Made by a program: the position numbers and the translations under genes. Shown piece by piece: positions 36,230 through 50,340 of a stretch of DNA of 52,364 nucleotides. This DNA comes from Nemertoderma westbladi (Eukaryota > Animalia > Xenacoelomorpha). Where the stretch lies: positions 1 to 52,364 of the forward strand of contig JAUCBJ010000142.1 of assembly GCA_032718475.1 (NCBI GenBank). Reading direction: 5' to 3'. Position 1 is the first letter of the stretch; each line of letters begins with the position of its first letter. Below the pieces are notes generated by a model. That model was not told the origin of the DNA and made no database searches. It saw only the letters and a list, made by a program, of their open reading frames with translations.

Positions 36230-38371
36230 TAAAATTTATATCCTTCAAAACAATAAAAAGAATTGAAAATCATCAAATTGAAATTCAATTTTTTGAAATT
36301 GTATATAATATACTTAGTGAACTCTCATATAAAATTTCAAAAAAATCATCAATTTGAAATTATTAAAGAAAGGATTAAATAAAATAAATAATTAATTATT
36401 GTAAAAATTGCTCAATTTATTTCAAATGACTCTTCAAAGTAAATGTCCACAGGATACATACTTATACCTGTGGAACAGATTTGATAGTGAACAGCCTGAT
36501 AAACTGGATAAGCGGGATTAAAATGTTCATCCTTGAAATTAGTTTACGGTCTCATCAGCTCATCATCATTATACACACAAAATCTTATACGTAAAACTTT
36601 CACAAACGTTTACAAAAACAATTTAATTGTTCATTTCACATCTGTAATGTTCTCTGATAAAACAGATAAAACGGACAGCTTCACCGCGATTGAAGCACTT
36701 GATCCCGGGGGGGGGGGGGGGGGGGTGACTGCTCTAAAGGAGGCTAGGCTAGAATTCTTAGTTGGCTTGATAATAAGGCCCAGTTTAGCTGCTTCCCTGA
36801 TGACTCTCTTCAAGTGGTCGATAACAGAATGACTGGACCACCCATAGAGCCATCATTAACACATCAAGAAAATAGATGTTAAGGGGTGTGTTAATCATTT
36901 CCGCAATCCCATGTATATCACATTGAATAAATAAATCCAAATCCCTCATAACAACACTTAGTACTTAAATATGAATAATTCATACCGATTTAGCTAAATT
37001 TTTAAAGCAGGTTACATCAAGTTCCTGAAAATTTCGCAGGTTTATCCGGACAGGTAGGTTAGGTACCGGCACAGGACAGATCAGTCGGCACATGATCTTG
37101 CTTTATGGTAGATTGTTGGATACTATAGATACTGGTAATGATTGTTAATGATAATGATTTAATTTTGGGATTTACAATATGTCAGCTGGTGAACTATGGC
37201 TAAGCTAATGTATTAAGGTAGAAAGTCAGACAGATGGGTAGGGAAGGAACATAGTCTTCTTCTAGAATGTAGACGGTATAATAATACTGAAGCGACCGAT
37301 AATACACCTCGTTCTATCTATATAAAGTTAACATACACCGACAGGAATACCGAGAATGTTTTAATAGATTAAACGACCTATATGATAATCCTAACATAGA
37401 AACCATAATAAAGTAATTGTTATAGCAATGATTTCCGAATTCTTCCTTTGAAACTATTTCATCTCATGTAATGACTTTCTTTCATAGTTTCATACAAGAT
37501 ATTTACTACACCTGTGCGACAATTTATTCTAATTTACAACTGATGAATAAATTAATTGCAAGTTGGTCTCATAAATAAACTACATAGTAAGCTAGTGTTA
37601 TGCGTTTAGTTAAGAATTTAAATTATGCATTATAGCTAGTTGGTTTCAACTTGTAAATGCCGTCCGTCTGAATGCACTTTACTGTTGCCAATGAATAACT
37701 AACTATACAGCACAGATAATAGAACATTTTGTAACAGAGGTTGTGATTTTTTTAATTATGGACGATTTTATTTATTAATTTTATTAGAGATAATCTCATA
37801 TATTATTTGCAGATTTTTTTGATTTTATTTGTAATAATTTAAGAGTAGGTAATGAGATTGAAAGAGAAACATTTTCTTTTTGAGGCCAAAGTATTTCGCA
37901 TCCTTATTAAATTATCACGGAGATTACTTGCTTGCGACTCGTACAAGGTGTTATTCTTGATGAAGCGACAATGGGAATGCATTAGGCTCGGGGCGCACAC
38001 AGAGAGCTGTCTAATAATAATTATACCCCTATCTCATTACAGGTCACATCTTGTAATAAGTAAGGAAATGAGAGATTCCATAGTCCTATTGTGCCAGTTA
38101 GTGATCACTCTGCGCATCGTAGGACCGCATACTAATGGATATACCAGCAGCGCCGCAACCCATTTATAAAGTGCACTTCACATCCAATAATGAAATGTGA
38201 GGTAGAATTACAAATACAGAGTTCATGGAAAATATATCGCAGTGCCATTCGGCTTCAGGGCTTCAACTCAGATGATAATGGGATCCGGCGCACGCAAACA
38301 ACAGTTGGTCTAAAGGCTAAAATTTAGTCTAGAAATAATCTAGAAAGTCTAATCTAGAAATAATTGTAAAA

Positions 38372-41300
38372 TGTATGTTTTGGACTGTTGGTGTATGTTT
38401 TGGACTGTTGGTGTATGTTGGACTGTTGGTGTATGTTTTGGACTGTTGGTGTATGTTGGACTGTTGGTGTATGTTTTGTACTGTTGGTGTATGTTGGACT
38501 GTTGGTGTATGTTGGACTGTTGGTGTATGTTTTGTACTGTTGGTGTATGTTGGACTGTTGGTGTATGTTGGACTGTTGGTGTATGTTTTGGACTGTTGGT
38601 GTATGTTTTGGACTGTTGGTGTATGTTGGACTGTTGGTGTATGTTGGACTGTTGGTGTATGTTTTGGACTGTTGGTGTATGTTTTGGACTGTTGGTGTAT
38701 GTTGGACTGTTGGTGTATGTTTTGGACTGTTGGTGTATGTTGGACTGTTGGTGTATGTTTTGTACTGTTGGTGTATGTTGGACTGTTGTTGTATGTTGGA
38801 CTGTTGGTGTATGTTTTGGACTGTTGGTGTATGTTTTGGACTGTTGGTGTATGTTTTGGACTGTTGGTGTATGTTGGACTGTTGGTGTATGTTGGACTGT
38901 TGGTGTATGTTTTGGACTGTTGGTGTATGTTTTGGACTGTTGGTGTACGTTGGACTGTTGGTGTATGTTTTGGACTGTTGGTGTATGTTGGACTGTTGGT
39001 GTATGTTTTGGACTGTTGGTGTATGTTTTGGACTGTTGGTGTATGTTGGACTGTTGGTGTATGTTTTGGACTGTTGGTGTATGTTGGACTGTTGGTGTAT
39101 GTTTTGTACTGTTGGTGTATGTTGGACTGTTGTTGTATGTTGGACTGTTGGTGTATGTTTTGGACTGTTGGTGTATGTTTTGGACTGTTGGTGTATGTTT
39201 TGGACTGTTGGTGTATGTTGGACTGTTGGTGTATGTTGGACTGTTGGTGTATGTTTTGGACTGTTGGTGTATGTTTTGGACTGTTGGTGTACGTTGGACT
39301 GTTGGTGTATGTTTTGGACTGTTGGTGTATGTTGGACTGTTGGTGTATGTTTTGGACTGTTGGTGTATGTTGGACTGTTGGTGTATGTTTTGGACTGTTG
39401 GTGTATGTTTTGTACTGTTGGTGTATGTTGGACTGTTGGTGTATGTTGGACTGTTGGTGTATGTTTTGGACTGTTGGTGTATGTTTTGGACTGTTGGTGT
39501 ATGTTGGACTGTTGGTGTATGTTTTGGACTGTTGGTGTATGTTGGACTGTTGGTGTATGTTTTGTACTGTTGGTGTATGTTGGACTGTTGGTGTATGTTG
39601 GACTGTTGGTGTATGTTTTGTACTGTTGGTGTATGTTGGACTGTTGGTGTATGTTGGACTGTTGGTGTTTGTTTTGGACTGTTGGTGTATGTTTTGGACT
39701 GTTGGTGTATGTTGGACTGTTGGTGTATGTTGGACTGTTGGTGTATGTTTTGGACTGTTGGTGTATGTTTTGGACTGTTGGTGTATGTTGGACTGTTGGT
39801 GTATGTTTTGGACTGTTGGTGTATGTTGGACTGTTGGTGTATGTTTTGTACTGTTGGTGTATGTTGGACTGTTGTTGTATGTTGGACTGTTGGTGTATGT
39901 TTTGGACTGTTGGTGTATGTTTTGGACTGTTGGTGTATGTTTTGGACTGTTGGTGTATGTTGGACTGTTGGTGTATGTTGGACTGTTGGTGTATGTTTTG
40001 GACTGTTGGTGTATGTTTTGGACTGTTGGTGTACGTTGGACTGTTGGTGTATGTTTTGGACTGTTGGTGTATGTTGGACTGTTGGTGTATGTTTTGGACT
40101 GTTGGTGTATGTTGGACTGTTGGTGTATGTTTTGGACTGTTGGTGTATGTTGGACTGTTGGTGTATGTTTTGGACTGTTGGTGTATGTTTTGGACTGTTG
40201 GTGTATGTTGGACTGTTGGTGTATGTTTTGGACTGTTGGTGTATGTTGGACTGTTGGTGTATGTTTTGGACTGTTGGTGTACGTTGGACTGTTGGTGTAT
40301 GTTTTGGACTGTTGGTGAATGTTGGACTGTTGGTGTATGTTGGACTGTTGGTGTATGTTTTGGACTGTTGGTGTATGTTGGACTGTTGGTGTATGTTTTG
40401 GACTGTTGGTGTACGTTGGACTGTTGGTGTATGTTTTGGACTGTTGGTGTATGTTGGACTGTTGGTGTATGTTTTGGACTGTTGGTGTATGTTGGACTGT
40501 TGGTGTATGTTGGACTGTTGGTGTATGTTGGACTGTTGGTGTAAGTTTTGGACTGTTGGTGTATGTTTTGGACTGTTGGTGTATGTTGGACTGTTGGTGT
40601 ATGTTGGACTGTTGGTGTATGTTTTGGACTGTTGGTGTATGTTGGACTGTTGGTATGTTGGACTGTTGGTGTATGTTTTGGACTGTTGGTGTATGTTTTG
40701 GACTGTTGGTGTATGTTTTGGACTGTTGGTGTATGTTGGACTGTTGGTGTATGTTGGACTGTTGGTGTATGTTTTGGACTGTTGGTGTATGTTGGACTGT
40801 TGGTGTATGTTGGACTGTTGGTGTATGTTGGACTGTTGGTGTATGTTTTGGACTGTTGGTGTATGTTGGACTGTTGTTGTATGTTGGACTGTTGGTGTAT
40901 GTTTTGGACTGTTGGTGTATGTTTTGGACTGTTGGTGTATGTTTTGGACTGTTGGTGTATGTTGGACTGTTGGTGTATGTTGGACTGTTGGTGTAAGTTT
41001 TGGACTGTTGGTGTATGTTTTGGACTGTTGGTGTATGTTGGACTGTTGGTGTATGTTGGACTGTTGGTGTATGTTTTGGACTGTTGGTGTATGTTGGACT
41101 GTTGGTGTATGTTGGACTGTTGGTGTATGTTTTGGACTGTTGGTGTATGTTTTGGACTGTTGGTGTATGTTTTGGACTGTTGGTGTATGTTGGACTGTTG
41201 GTGTATGTTGGACTGTTGGTGTATGTTTTGGACTGTTGGTGTATGTTTTGGACTGTTGGTGTATGTTTTGGACTGTTGGTGTATGTTGGACTGTTGGTGT

Positions 41301-43958
41301 ATGTTGGACTGTTGGTGTATGTTTTGGACTGTTGGTGTATGTTGGACTGTTGGTGTATGTTTTGGACTGTTGGTGTACGTTGGACTGTTGGTGTATGTTT
41401 TGGACTGTTGGTGTATGTTGGACTGTTGGTGTATGTTTTGGACTGTTGGTGTATGTTGGACTGTTGGTGTATGTTTTGGACTGTTGGTGTATGTTGGACT
41501 GTTGGTGTATGTTGGACTGTTGGTGTATGTTTTGGACTGTTGGTGTATGTTGGACTGTTGGTGTATGTTTTGGACTGTTGGTGTATGTTGGACTGTTGGT
41601 GTATGTTTTGGACTGTTGGTGTATGTTGGACTGTTGGTGTATGTTTTGGACTGTTGGTGTATGTTGGACTGTTGGTGTATGTTGGACTGTTGGTGTATGT
41701 TTTGGACTGTTGGTGTATGTTGGACTGTTGGTGTATGTTTTGGACTGTTGGTGTATGTTGGACTGTTGGTGTATGTTTTGGACTGTTGGTGTATGTTGGA
41801 CTGTTGGTGTATGTTTTGGACTGTTGGTGTATGTTGGACTGTTGGTGTATGTTTGGACTGTTGGTGTATGTTGGACTGTTGGTGTATGTTTTGGACTGTT
41901 GGTGTATGTTTTGGACTGTTGGTGTATGTTGGACTGTTGGTGTATGTTTTGGACTGTTGGTGTATGTTGGACTGTTGGTGTATGTTGGACTGTTGGTGTA
42001 TGTTGGACTGTTGGTGTATGTTTTGGACTGTTGGTGTATGTTTGGACTGTTGGTGTATGTTTTGGACTGTTGGTGTATGTTGGACTGTTGGTGTATGTTT
42101 TGGACTGTTGGTGTATGTTGGACTGTTGGTGTATGTTTTGGACTGTTGGTGTATGTTGGACTGTTGGTGTATGTTTGGACTGTTGGTGTATGTTGGACTG
42201 TTGGTGTATGTTTTGGACTGTTGGTGTATGTTTTGGACTGTTGGTGTATGTTTTGGACTGTTGGTGTATGTTGGACTGTTGGTGTATGTTTTGGACTGTT
42301 GGTGTATGTTTTGGACTGTTGGTGTATGTTTTGGACTGTTGGTGTATGTTGGACTGTTGGTGTATGTTTTGGACTGTTGGTGTATGTTGGACTGTTGGTG
42401 TATGTTTTGGACTGTTGGTGTATGTTGGACTGTTGGTGTATGTTTGGACTGTTGGTGTATGTTGGACTGTTGGTGTATGTTTTGGACTGTTGGTGTATGT
42501 TTTGGACTGTTGGTGTATGTTTTGGACTGTTGGTGTATGTTGGACTGTTGGTGTATGTTTTGGACTGTTGGTGTATGTTTTGGACTGTTGGTGTATGTTT
42601 TGGACTGTTGGTGTATGTTTGGACTGTTGGTGTATGTTTTGGACTGTTGGTGTATGTTTGGACTGTTGGTGTATGTTTTGGACTGTTGGTGTATGTTTGG
42701 ACTGTTGGTGTATGTTTGGACTGTTGGTGTATGTTTTGGACTGTTGGTGTATGTTTTGGACTGTTGGTGTATGTTTTGGACTGTTGGTGTATGTTTTGGA
42801 CTGTTGGTGTATGTTTTGGACTGTTGGTGTATGTTTGGACTGTTGGTGTATGTTTTGGACTGTTGGTGTATGTTGGACTGTTGGTGTATGTTTTGGACTG
42901 TTGGTGTATGTTGGACTGTTGGTGTATGTTTTGGACTGTTGGTGTATGTTGGACTGTTGGTGTATGTTTTGGACTGTTGGTGTATGTTTTGGACTGTTGG
43001 TGTATGTTTTGGACTGTTGGTGTATGTTGGACTGTTGGTGTATGTTTTGGACTGTTGGTGTATGTTTGGACTGTTGGTGTATGTTTTGGACTGTTGGTGT
43101 ATGTTTGGACTGTTGGTGTATGTTTTGGACTGTTGGTGTATGTTGGACTGTTGGTGTATGTTTTGGACTGTTGGTGTATGTTTTGGACTGTTGGTGTATG
43201 TTTGGACTGTTGGTGTATGTTTTGGACTGTTGGTGTATGTTGGACTGTTGGTGTATGTTTTGGACTGTTGGTGTATGTTGGACTGTTGGTGTATGTTTTG
43301 GACTGTTGGTGTATGTTGGACTGTTGGTGTATGTTTTGGACTGTTGGTGTATGTTTTGGACTGTTGGTGTATGTTTTGGACTGTTGGTGTATGTTGGACT
43401 GTTGGTGTATGTTTTGGACTGTTGGTGTATGTTGGACTGTTGGTGTATGTTTTGGACTGTTGGTGTATGTTGGACTGTTGGTGTATGTTTTGGACTGTTG
43501 GTGTATGTTGGACTGTTGGTGTATGTTTTGGACTGTTGGTGTATGTTTTGGACTGTTGGTGTATGTTTTGGACTGTTGGTGTATGTTGGACTGTTGGTGT
43601 ATGTTTTGGACTGTTGGTGTATGTTTGGACTGTTGGTGTATGTTTTGGACTGTTGGTGTATGTTTGGACTGTTGGTGTATGTTTTGGACTGTTGGTGTAT
43701 GTTTGGACTGTTGGTGTATGTTTTGGACTGTTGGTGTATGTTTTGGACTGTTGGTGTATGTTTTGGACTGTTGGTGTATGTTGGACTGTTGGTGTATGTT
43801 TTGGACTGTTGGTGTATGTTGGACTGTTGGTGTATGTTTTGGACTGTTGGTGTATGTTTTGGACTGTTGGTGTATGTTTTGGACTGTTGGTGTATGTTTT
43901 GGACTGTTGGTGTATGTTTTGGACTGTTGGTGTATGTTTTGGACTGTTGGTTTATGTT
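38372..43958. repeat. 5.6-kb GT-rich minisatellite GGACTGTTGGTGTATG(T)2-4 with 18/19/20-bp units, ~295 copies
   Basis: Directly visible. The unit lacks stop codons, which creates the 1800-aa ORFs. Confidence 0.98.
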
Positions 43959-45822
43959 TAATAACATATCCAAACTTCACAAAACTCCGCCTTGGGTAAC
44001 GCTAGTTGCGATTCATTGAAGAACTTATGATAGCAACTGTTATAATGGCTATGTGAAAAACCAACATATGGGATGGGGGCGGGGGGGGGGGGGGGGGTGC
44101 ACTATACTTAAAAATTGAATCAACTCCAGAAACGCAAATAACAAATGAATACGGACAAAAATAATACCGAAACCTGTACCTGCACTATTGATTCTCGTTT
44201 ATTGTTTTGGTTAGAATAACGTGCCACTGTATCGTGATCGTTGTCTTAGTGGATAATTAACAATGTTAATTAACTGTAATATAAATTATAAATTAATAAT
44301 ATAAATTCGCTGATTTGGAACTTACATCAAAAGTGGGTCAATCCCATACGCGTATGCATTTTCAGGTATGTAAGTCTGTGAGATTCAAAACAATTTTCGT
44401 TTTAATTGGATAGGCGGACATTTTATTAAAAAATGGTGATAATGTTTATGAGTTAATTTTCCGACAGGCCGTCTTTAGAGGGGTATTTAACATACTTTGT
44501 GGGTTGGTATTCGATTAAATCTACATATCTACTTAACCTATATTGTATTTCTAACTTATTTTCCGGTTGCTGATATGATTATAATCTTTACACTAATATT
44601 ATAAAATATTCTGAATGATGATAATAATAACTGGTAAACTGTAACAAACTTTTAATCAACCGAATGAAAGCATCAAAAATAGAGTTGGTGCTATTTTTGT
44701 AGCCTCATTTTTTAAAAATAATTACATATTCATAGCTGAAGACACCTGACCTTCTTGCTTAGCACTGACTATAAATACTGCCAGACTGACATTCCTGTAG
44801 CACACATTCTAGTCCAGTAGGCCTACTGAAAGAGGAGTTCCTTGCATATGAATTCCAGAATGAAGCTATTCTGCAGTCAGGCTTATAATTTCATAGCTGA
44901 ATATATCTCTCATCTTGCTCATCACTATGGCACCGACCAATCACATGGCATGTGCGATATCGCAATATTGAGATAGCGAAATTGCAAAAATTTATTGTTT
45001 TTCTACAGTAGTAATTATTTAGCTTATTCTTATTTATTCCCTCTACGGGGTTCTACGGGATTCTACGGGATTTACATTCAAATATGTTAGAGTGAAATGG
45101 GAGGGAATTACAAATAAATACATATACAGCTCATTCATTTCTGCCAGGGAGTTAATAAATAAATAAATTGGAGCTGAGTTGATATGCCTAAATTATATAG
45201 TAATAAGGCTTTTGGTCAGCAGTTCACAAATCGATATAAACAGAATCCCATTTTACAATTAGATGAAAATCTAATGAATTCTAATTTATGAGATTCAGGT
45301 AGGAATTTGATATATTCCAATAAGTAAAGTAATAAATCCGTATTGGATATCATTTGAAGAAATCTCTAAGATTGAGTAGATGCTGCGAGGGAAGTTGATA
45401 TACAGTACAGTACTGTCCGGACGACTGTAATGTGTAGTTTATGAACCTATGGGTTTGGGTTGCAGACAATAAGCAGCCGCCATTGATAGTTATCTGGTAA
45501 CGCGTGATTATGTCTTTTGGAAGTCAGATCATGCATAATTGTCCTCTGCGACATTAGGTCTTGTGTAATTAGGTTCAGGGTTATATATAATTACTGCTGA
45601 TTACCAGCAAAAATTAAACTGTAACCTGCGACATTGACCCTCGTTTATTGTTTTGGTTATAATAACAGACATATCACGTTAACGACACCGGGATGGCAAT
45701 ACCTTCGTGTCGGAGATAGTATTAGCAATCCTGTCTATTTCTGCTGTTTTTTCAGATACAAGCAGGGGGGGTGGGGGAGGGGGGGTTAGTTATAGAGACC
45801 TCAACGCAATCGAGATTCATTC

Positions 45823-46956
45823 TTGGTGAAATCATATTGTCCCATTTCTTCAATCAGTATATTTGGAAAGATCCTGGAAGCTGTTGCGGAATTCTTAACT
45901 TCACTCCCCATCCCTTTATCTCAAGTAGCTTATCAATCTAAAACTGGAATTGATGTCCTTGGTGCTTTTTTTGAAAATTTGGAGGTGCTTAGGAAACAAA
46001 CATCCACAACTTTCTTTTGTAAGATGGATATCTGCTCAGCCTTCGATAACGTTGAATACCACATCCTCTTTAATAACATGTCAGAGTTTGTAAATCCTCA
46101 TATGTGCTGTACTAATTCATTATTACAGTGTAACCCATCTTCGCCTGAATTTCGTAGTTTTGGTGGACGCACCAAGGGTATGAAACCTAACAGGGGTTTG
46201 AAACAAGGGTCACTGATATCTCCAATTATCTTCTGCTTTTGTATAGAAGATGTATTGAATGCTCTGCAGGACGAGGGTTATTGTTACGACCTCATGAATC
46301 TATGGATTGGCCTGATCTGCTATGCAGATGATATTCTTATTCTGGGGAAAAATATAAAGGAGGTGAAGATTATGGTTGAACTCATAATTAGGGAATTAAA
46401 TAAGTTAGGATTGGACATCGAGGCATCGAAATCTGAGTGGTCTTATCTTCTAGGTGCTGGTTGTCAGACCCAATCTATGCCCTGCTTCATAAACATTATG
46501 GGGACCCACATCCCACCTAGCGCCACTCTGTCTTTCCTGGGTGTAAAAGTTAACCTCAAGACTTCAGATAGGCTCAGTGAATGTATAAAGACTGTTACAA
46601 TTCTATCCGAGACTTTCCACAGGAGAGGGTGGACTCTCAAATGGTTATCCCTGGACTCACAATCTCGGCTATGGAATGAAATTGCACTACCAGCGATCAC
46701 TTTCCGAATTCGTTTCATTTTTGGATCCCTTACATCTATTGAAGCTGACACATTGGATATATGCTACCATAAGGTTCCACGTACTCTATTGCATGTTGGA
46801 CCATATCTCTCATATAGCTGTACCTACACTCTACTGAAGACCACACCAATTAGTACGTCAATTTTCTGCGATGTCATTGGATGTATTCAGAGGGCAGCTT
46901 TTTGTCCAAACAAGATGTTGAGTTCTATTATTTATGCAAGCGTCTTATCTCAGTCC
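45823..46956 (+). pseudogene. Non-LTR retrotransposon reverse transcriptase fragment, 3' end replaced by an inserted element
   Basis: SYCPIS..GKILE, DICSAFDNV, GLKQGSLISP, YADDIL and FLGV motifs. The frame runs on into the element starting at 46957. Confidence 0.85.
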
Positions 46957-48594
46957 ACACGTTCGTGGGGCCTTCGCGCAGCACGATGCCCAGTTATTAG
47001 ATACAAATTAAAATTGAGCGACTGTATCACAAAATCAGGTTTTGAGAAATTTACCCACACCACCAATCAATTAAAGAAAGGGAGACAGTACGTCTTCACC
47101 CCTTTTAATCCCCCCCCCCCCCCCCACCCTTCCCAACCACCAATACATAACCGGGACATCTACCACCCACGGAAGGGTAGCACGAACTTATTTCCAATCG
47201 CACGTTAAATATGCAAAGCCAGGTGGTTTATAGGAATATAATAAACGCAGTTACTCGTTTTCATTATAAGCCTCTTTGCGTTCGTCCTGTTTTGTATTTA
47301 AATATATTTCTTAAACGCAGGCTAGGACGATCTTTATAATAATAGTAACTAGGGATGCGATCAATATGTGAAGCAGGTGGTTTATATAATAATTTAGTCA
47401 ACGCAGTACTCGTCTTCATTATATGCCTCGTTGCGCTCGTCGCTTGTCCTGTTTTGTCATAAAATATTTTTCCTAAACGCAGACTGACGATCTTTATACA
47501 GTTATAACTATGCGAAGTTTCGAAACTGTGCGAGTAACTGTTGATACATCTATGTGGAGATGTGTGATATGTGGAGATGTGTGATACAACGCCAACGCAT
47601 CTTATGCCGATGTAGTAATATGGGTATTGAAATAATATTAAATCAATGTACACTCTTAAAGCTGCAGCGAAAAAATGTAGCTAATTTCCTAGGTTACATA
47701 TAAAATAATAATATTATTTTTAAGAACATTAATTTTACTACTTTGCAAAAATTCAATTAAAAAATAACCAGACATATACATTGTGGAATAAACTATTTCA
47801 GAAGCCTACAACAGCCATGCCATGGATGGTATTTATGTTATTATATCTGTCATTTACCTGAGATAGCAATACAACACTTATAGTAGAGTCAATACAGGAA
47901 GGATGTTGGGATGTTGAATTTAAAGAATGCTGTCTGGGCTGGAATAGCAATACTGGTTGCCTATTACAATTCCTCTCTGGTTAGTCTACAGCCACAACTC
48001 CAAGCCAGCTAGCTCCACACCAGCAGAGACTTGACCAATAATCATTCCCAGCAACTAGCTGCCTTACACACACATCCTTCCATCGTACCAGCATGTTAGC
48101 CAATAAATGAGCAGTATTTAATGAGAATCAATTTTTTATGACGTTTTAATTACTTTAGATCAATTAAAGACACAATTATTAAAGCAAATCACTTGAACTA
48201 ATTAAAAACTATAATAGAATGGCGTTTGTGGATTACATCTGTATAATTTTTAAGTATAATTATTTAAATCTTATACTGTAAAACAATTAATTTCCTTTAA
48301 AAGCCAGGTTGAAAATGGTGTTTTTACCGTAATCAACTTAATTAACTAATTAACTGCTATTATCTTAGCTTCTCGAAGGCCACACGGAAATTCTACTTGG
48401 AAAATTTCTAAACTTTTGCCAAACAACATGTGTACCAAGTTTGGATAGATTTCATCAAAGATTGGCCGAGTTATTAACGTTTAAAATTGAACACGACAGA
48501 ACGACAGAACGACAGAACGACAGAACGACAGAACGACAGGTTGATTAATGGTACCACTACGCTAAGGCTCACTCACTTCGTGGCTCGCCCCACA
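46957..48594 (-). mobile_element. DINE/HINE-like element, copy C (long form)
   Basis: ACACGTTCGTGGGGCCTTCGCGCAGCACG and CTTCGTGGCTCGCCCCACA ends, (ACGACAGA)n microsatellite, ~155-bp internal repeats at 47.2-47.5 kb. Continuity of the middle is assumed. Confidence 0.6.
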
Positions 48595-48652
48595 TCCCAG
48601 GACAGATATGTCAGTCTACAGTACTCCTATGAAGCTTGGTTAAAGTATTTCC

Positions 48653-50340
48653 TGTGGGGCGGGCCATGAAGTGAGTGAGCCTTAGCGTAGGGGTACCATT
48701 AATCAACCTGTCATTCTGTCGTTCTGTCATTCTGTTGATCTGTTGCTTTTTTTGACGTTAATAACTCGATCAATCCTCGATGAAATGTAACCAAACTTGG
48801 TACACAAATAGTCTGTCAAAAGTTTAGAAATTTTCCAAGTTGAATTTGCGTGGGGCCTTCGTGCAGCACCAGTGTAACTGCGGATGTCTTACAGTTATAA
48901 TAAATTTATTTATCCAAAATTATAACGCTTGACTTCAGCGGGTTGCTAGGAGACTAAATCAGCTGGGTTTCTGGCAAATTCCGAAATTACAGTAATACCA
49001 TTGTGGCCTGTCTGCCTGTACCGGTACTATACTCAATCCCTGAATCCAGGAATCAAGAATCCTGCAATCAGACAATACTGCAATACCATACTGTGTTCGG
49101 TGTTTTACGGTACTGGCTGACTGGTACCGCGGTACCGGTGCAGTGATTATAGATCACGTATACTGGTACAGGACAGGCAAAATTCTGTAGGCCCTAATTA
49201 GCCATATGCACTGCTGGGCTGCGGTCCTGAATTAGTTTAGAGGGTCCGTTCTGCCATTGACGACGTCCGCCGTACCGCCCTACCTGCCTACTCCTACCAC
49301 TGTCATACTGTAGAACCAGACTGGTAGCAACTGCCAACTACAGAACTACCGGTACGGTACTGAACTACGACAGCACTATACCGCATTTCTACGCTCCTGT
49401 CAGCGATGAAAGAAAATTAATTTCTTCGTTTACGGTTTCTACTCTTGTTAACACGGATTAATATGTTAATTAAAGACTATGTACCGGCATACGACGGCAC
49501 CGGCCAACGTATACTACGACGGCACCGGCAACTGGTATAATCAGATGTAGATGTACCGGCACATACCAATCTGCCAATACAACAATAGCAATAGGCCTAC
49601 CCTTACAAACCATCCATCGACTCTGGACTCGGCAACTGCAACCATGGAAGTTATGCGGACTAACCAGCTGACTGGCATTCTTAGTTCAGGTACCCACTAC
49701 CACCAGAGTCTACCCAGCCTGCCAGCTACCCAGAAAAGTGTTGGAATTGAAATCAAACAACTCACCACCAAGGCCACCTCTGTCTGTTACCTCTACTTTC
49801 GGTATCGCTGCCGCTACGGGCAAACTGGACTAACCGTAACCGAGGATGAAATAATTCGGTTTTTTAATCTCACTCTGCCATCACCCAGTGCCCGGCGGTG
49901 TTGAAATTGACACGCATTGTACAAGCAGTAGGCCTATTGCTCCGAGTTTCCAGCTGGCGGCAGTAATGAAGACGAGTACTGCGTTGAATATACTCCTATT
50001 AAACACCCGGCTTCGCATATTGAATGCATCGATAGTTATAAAGATCGCCAGTCTGCGTTTAGGAAATATATTTAAATACAAATCAGGGCGAGCACAACGA
50101 GGATTATAATGAAGATGAGTACTGCGTTGACATACTCCTATAAAACACCTGGCTTCGCTATTGAACGCATCGATAGTTATAAAGATCGCAAGTCTGCATT
50201 TAGAAAAAAAATTTAAATACATATAAGGATGAGCGCAACAAGGCTTATAATGAAGATGAGTACTGCTTTTATTATATTCTAAATTTTAATTTGTGTCACA
50301 TAACTGAGCCTCGTGCTGCGCGAAGTCCCCACGAACGTGT
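48653..50340 (+). mobile_element. DINE/HINE-like element, copy D (long form), inverted relative to copy C
   Basis: 48653-48865 is the reverse complement of ~48370-48594. ~142-bp repeats at 49964, 50107 and 50248. Ends CGTGCTGCGCGAAGTCCCCACGAACGTGT. Confidence 0.65.

Noticed and set aside
38372-43958. Telomeric repeat resembling long yeast GGTGT-type units
   Set aside because: The array is interstitial, flanked by ordinary sequence, and shares only a short GGTGTA word.
38329-44019. 1883-, 1882- and 1874-aa ORFs on both strands
   Set aside because: Translations of a stop-free 18-20 bp tandem repeat, open in nearly all frames, with no codon-phase constraint.
45823-47208. Intact 461-aa RT gene, or a retron/DGR-type RT
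   Set aside because: Motifs are non-LTR type, there is no proper start, and the last ~80 codons are read-through into an inserted non-coding element.
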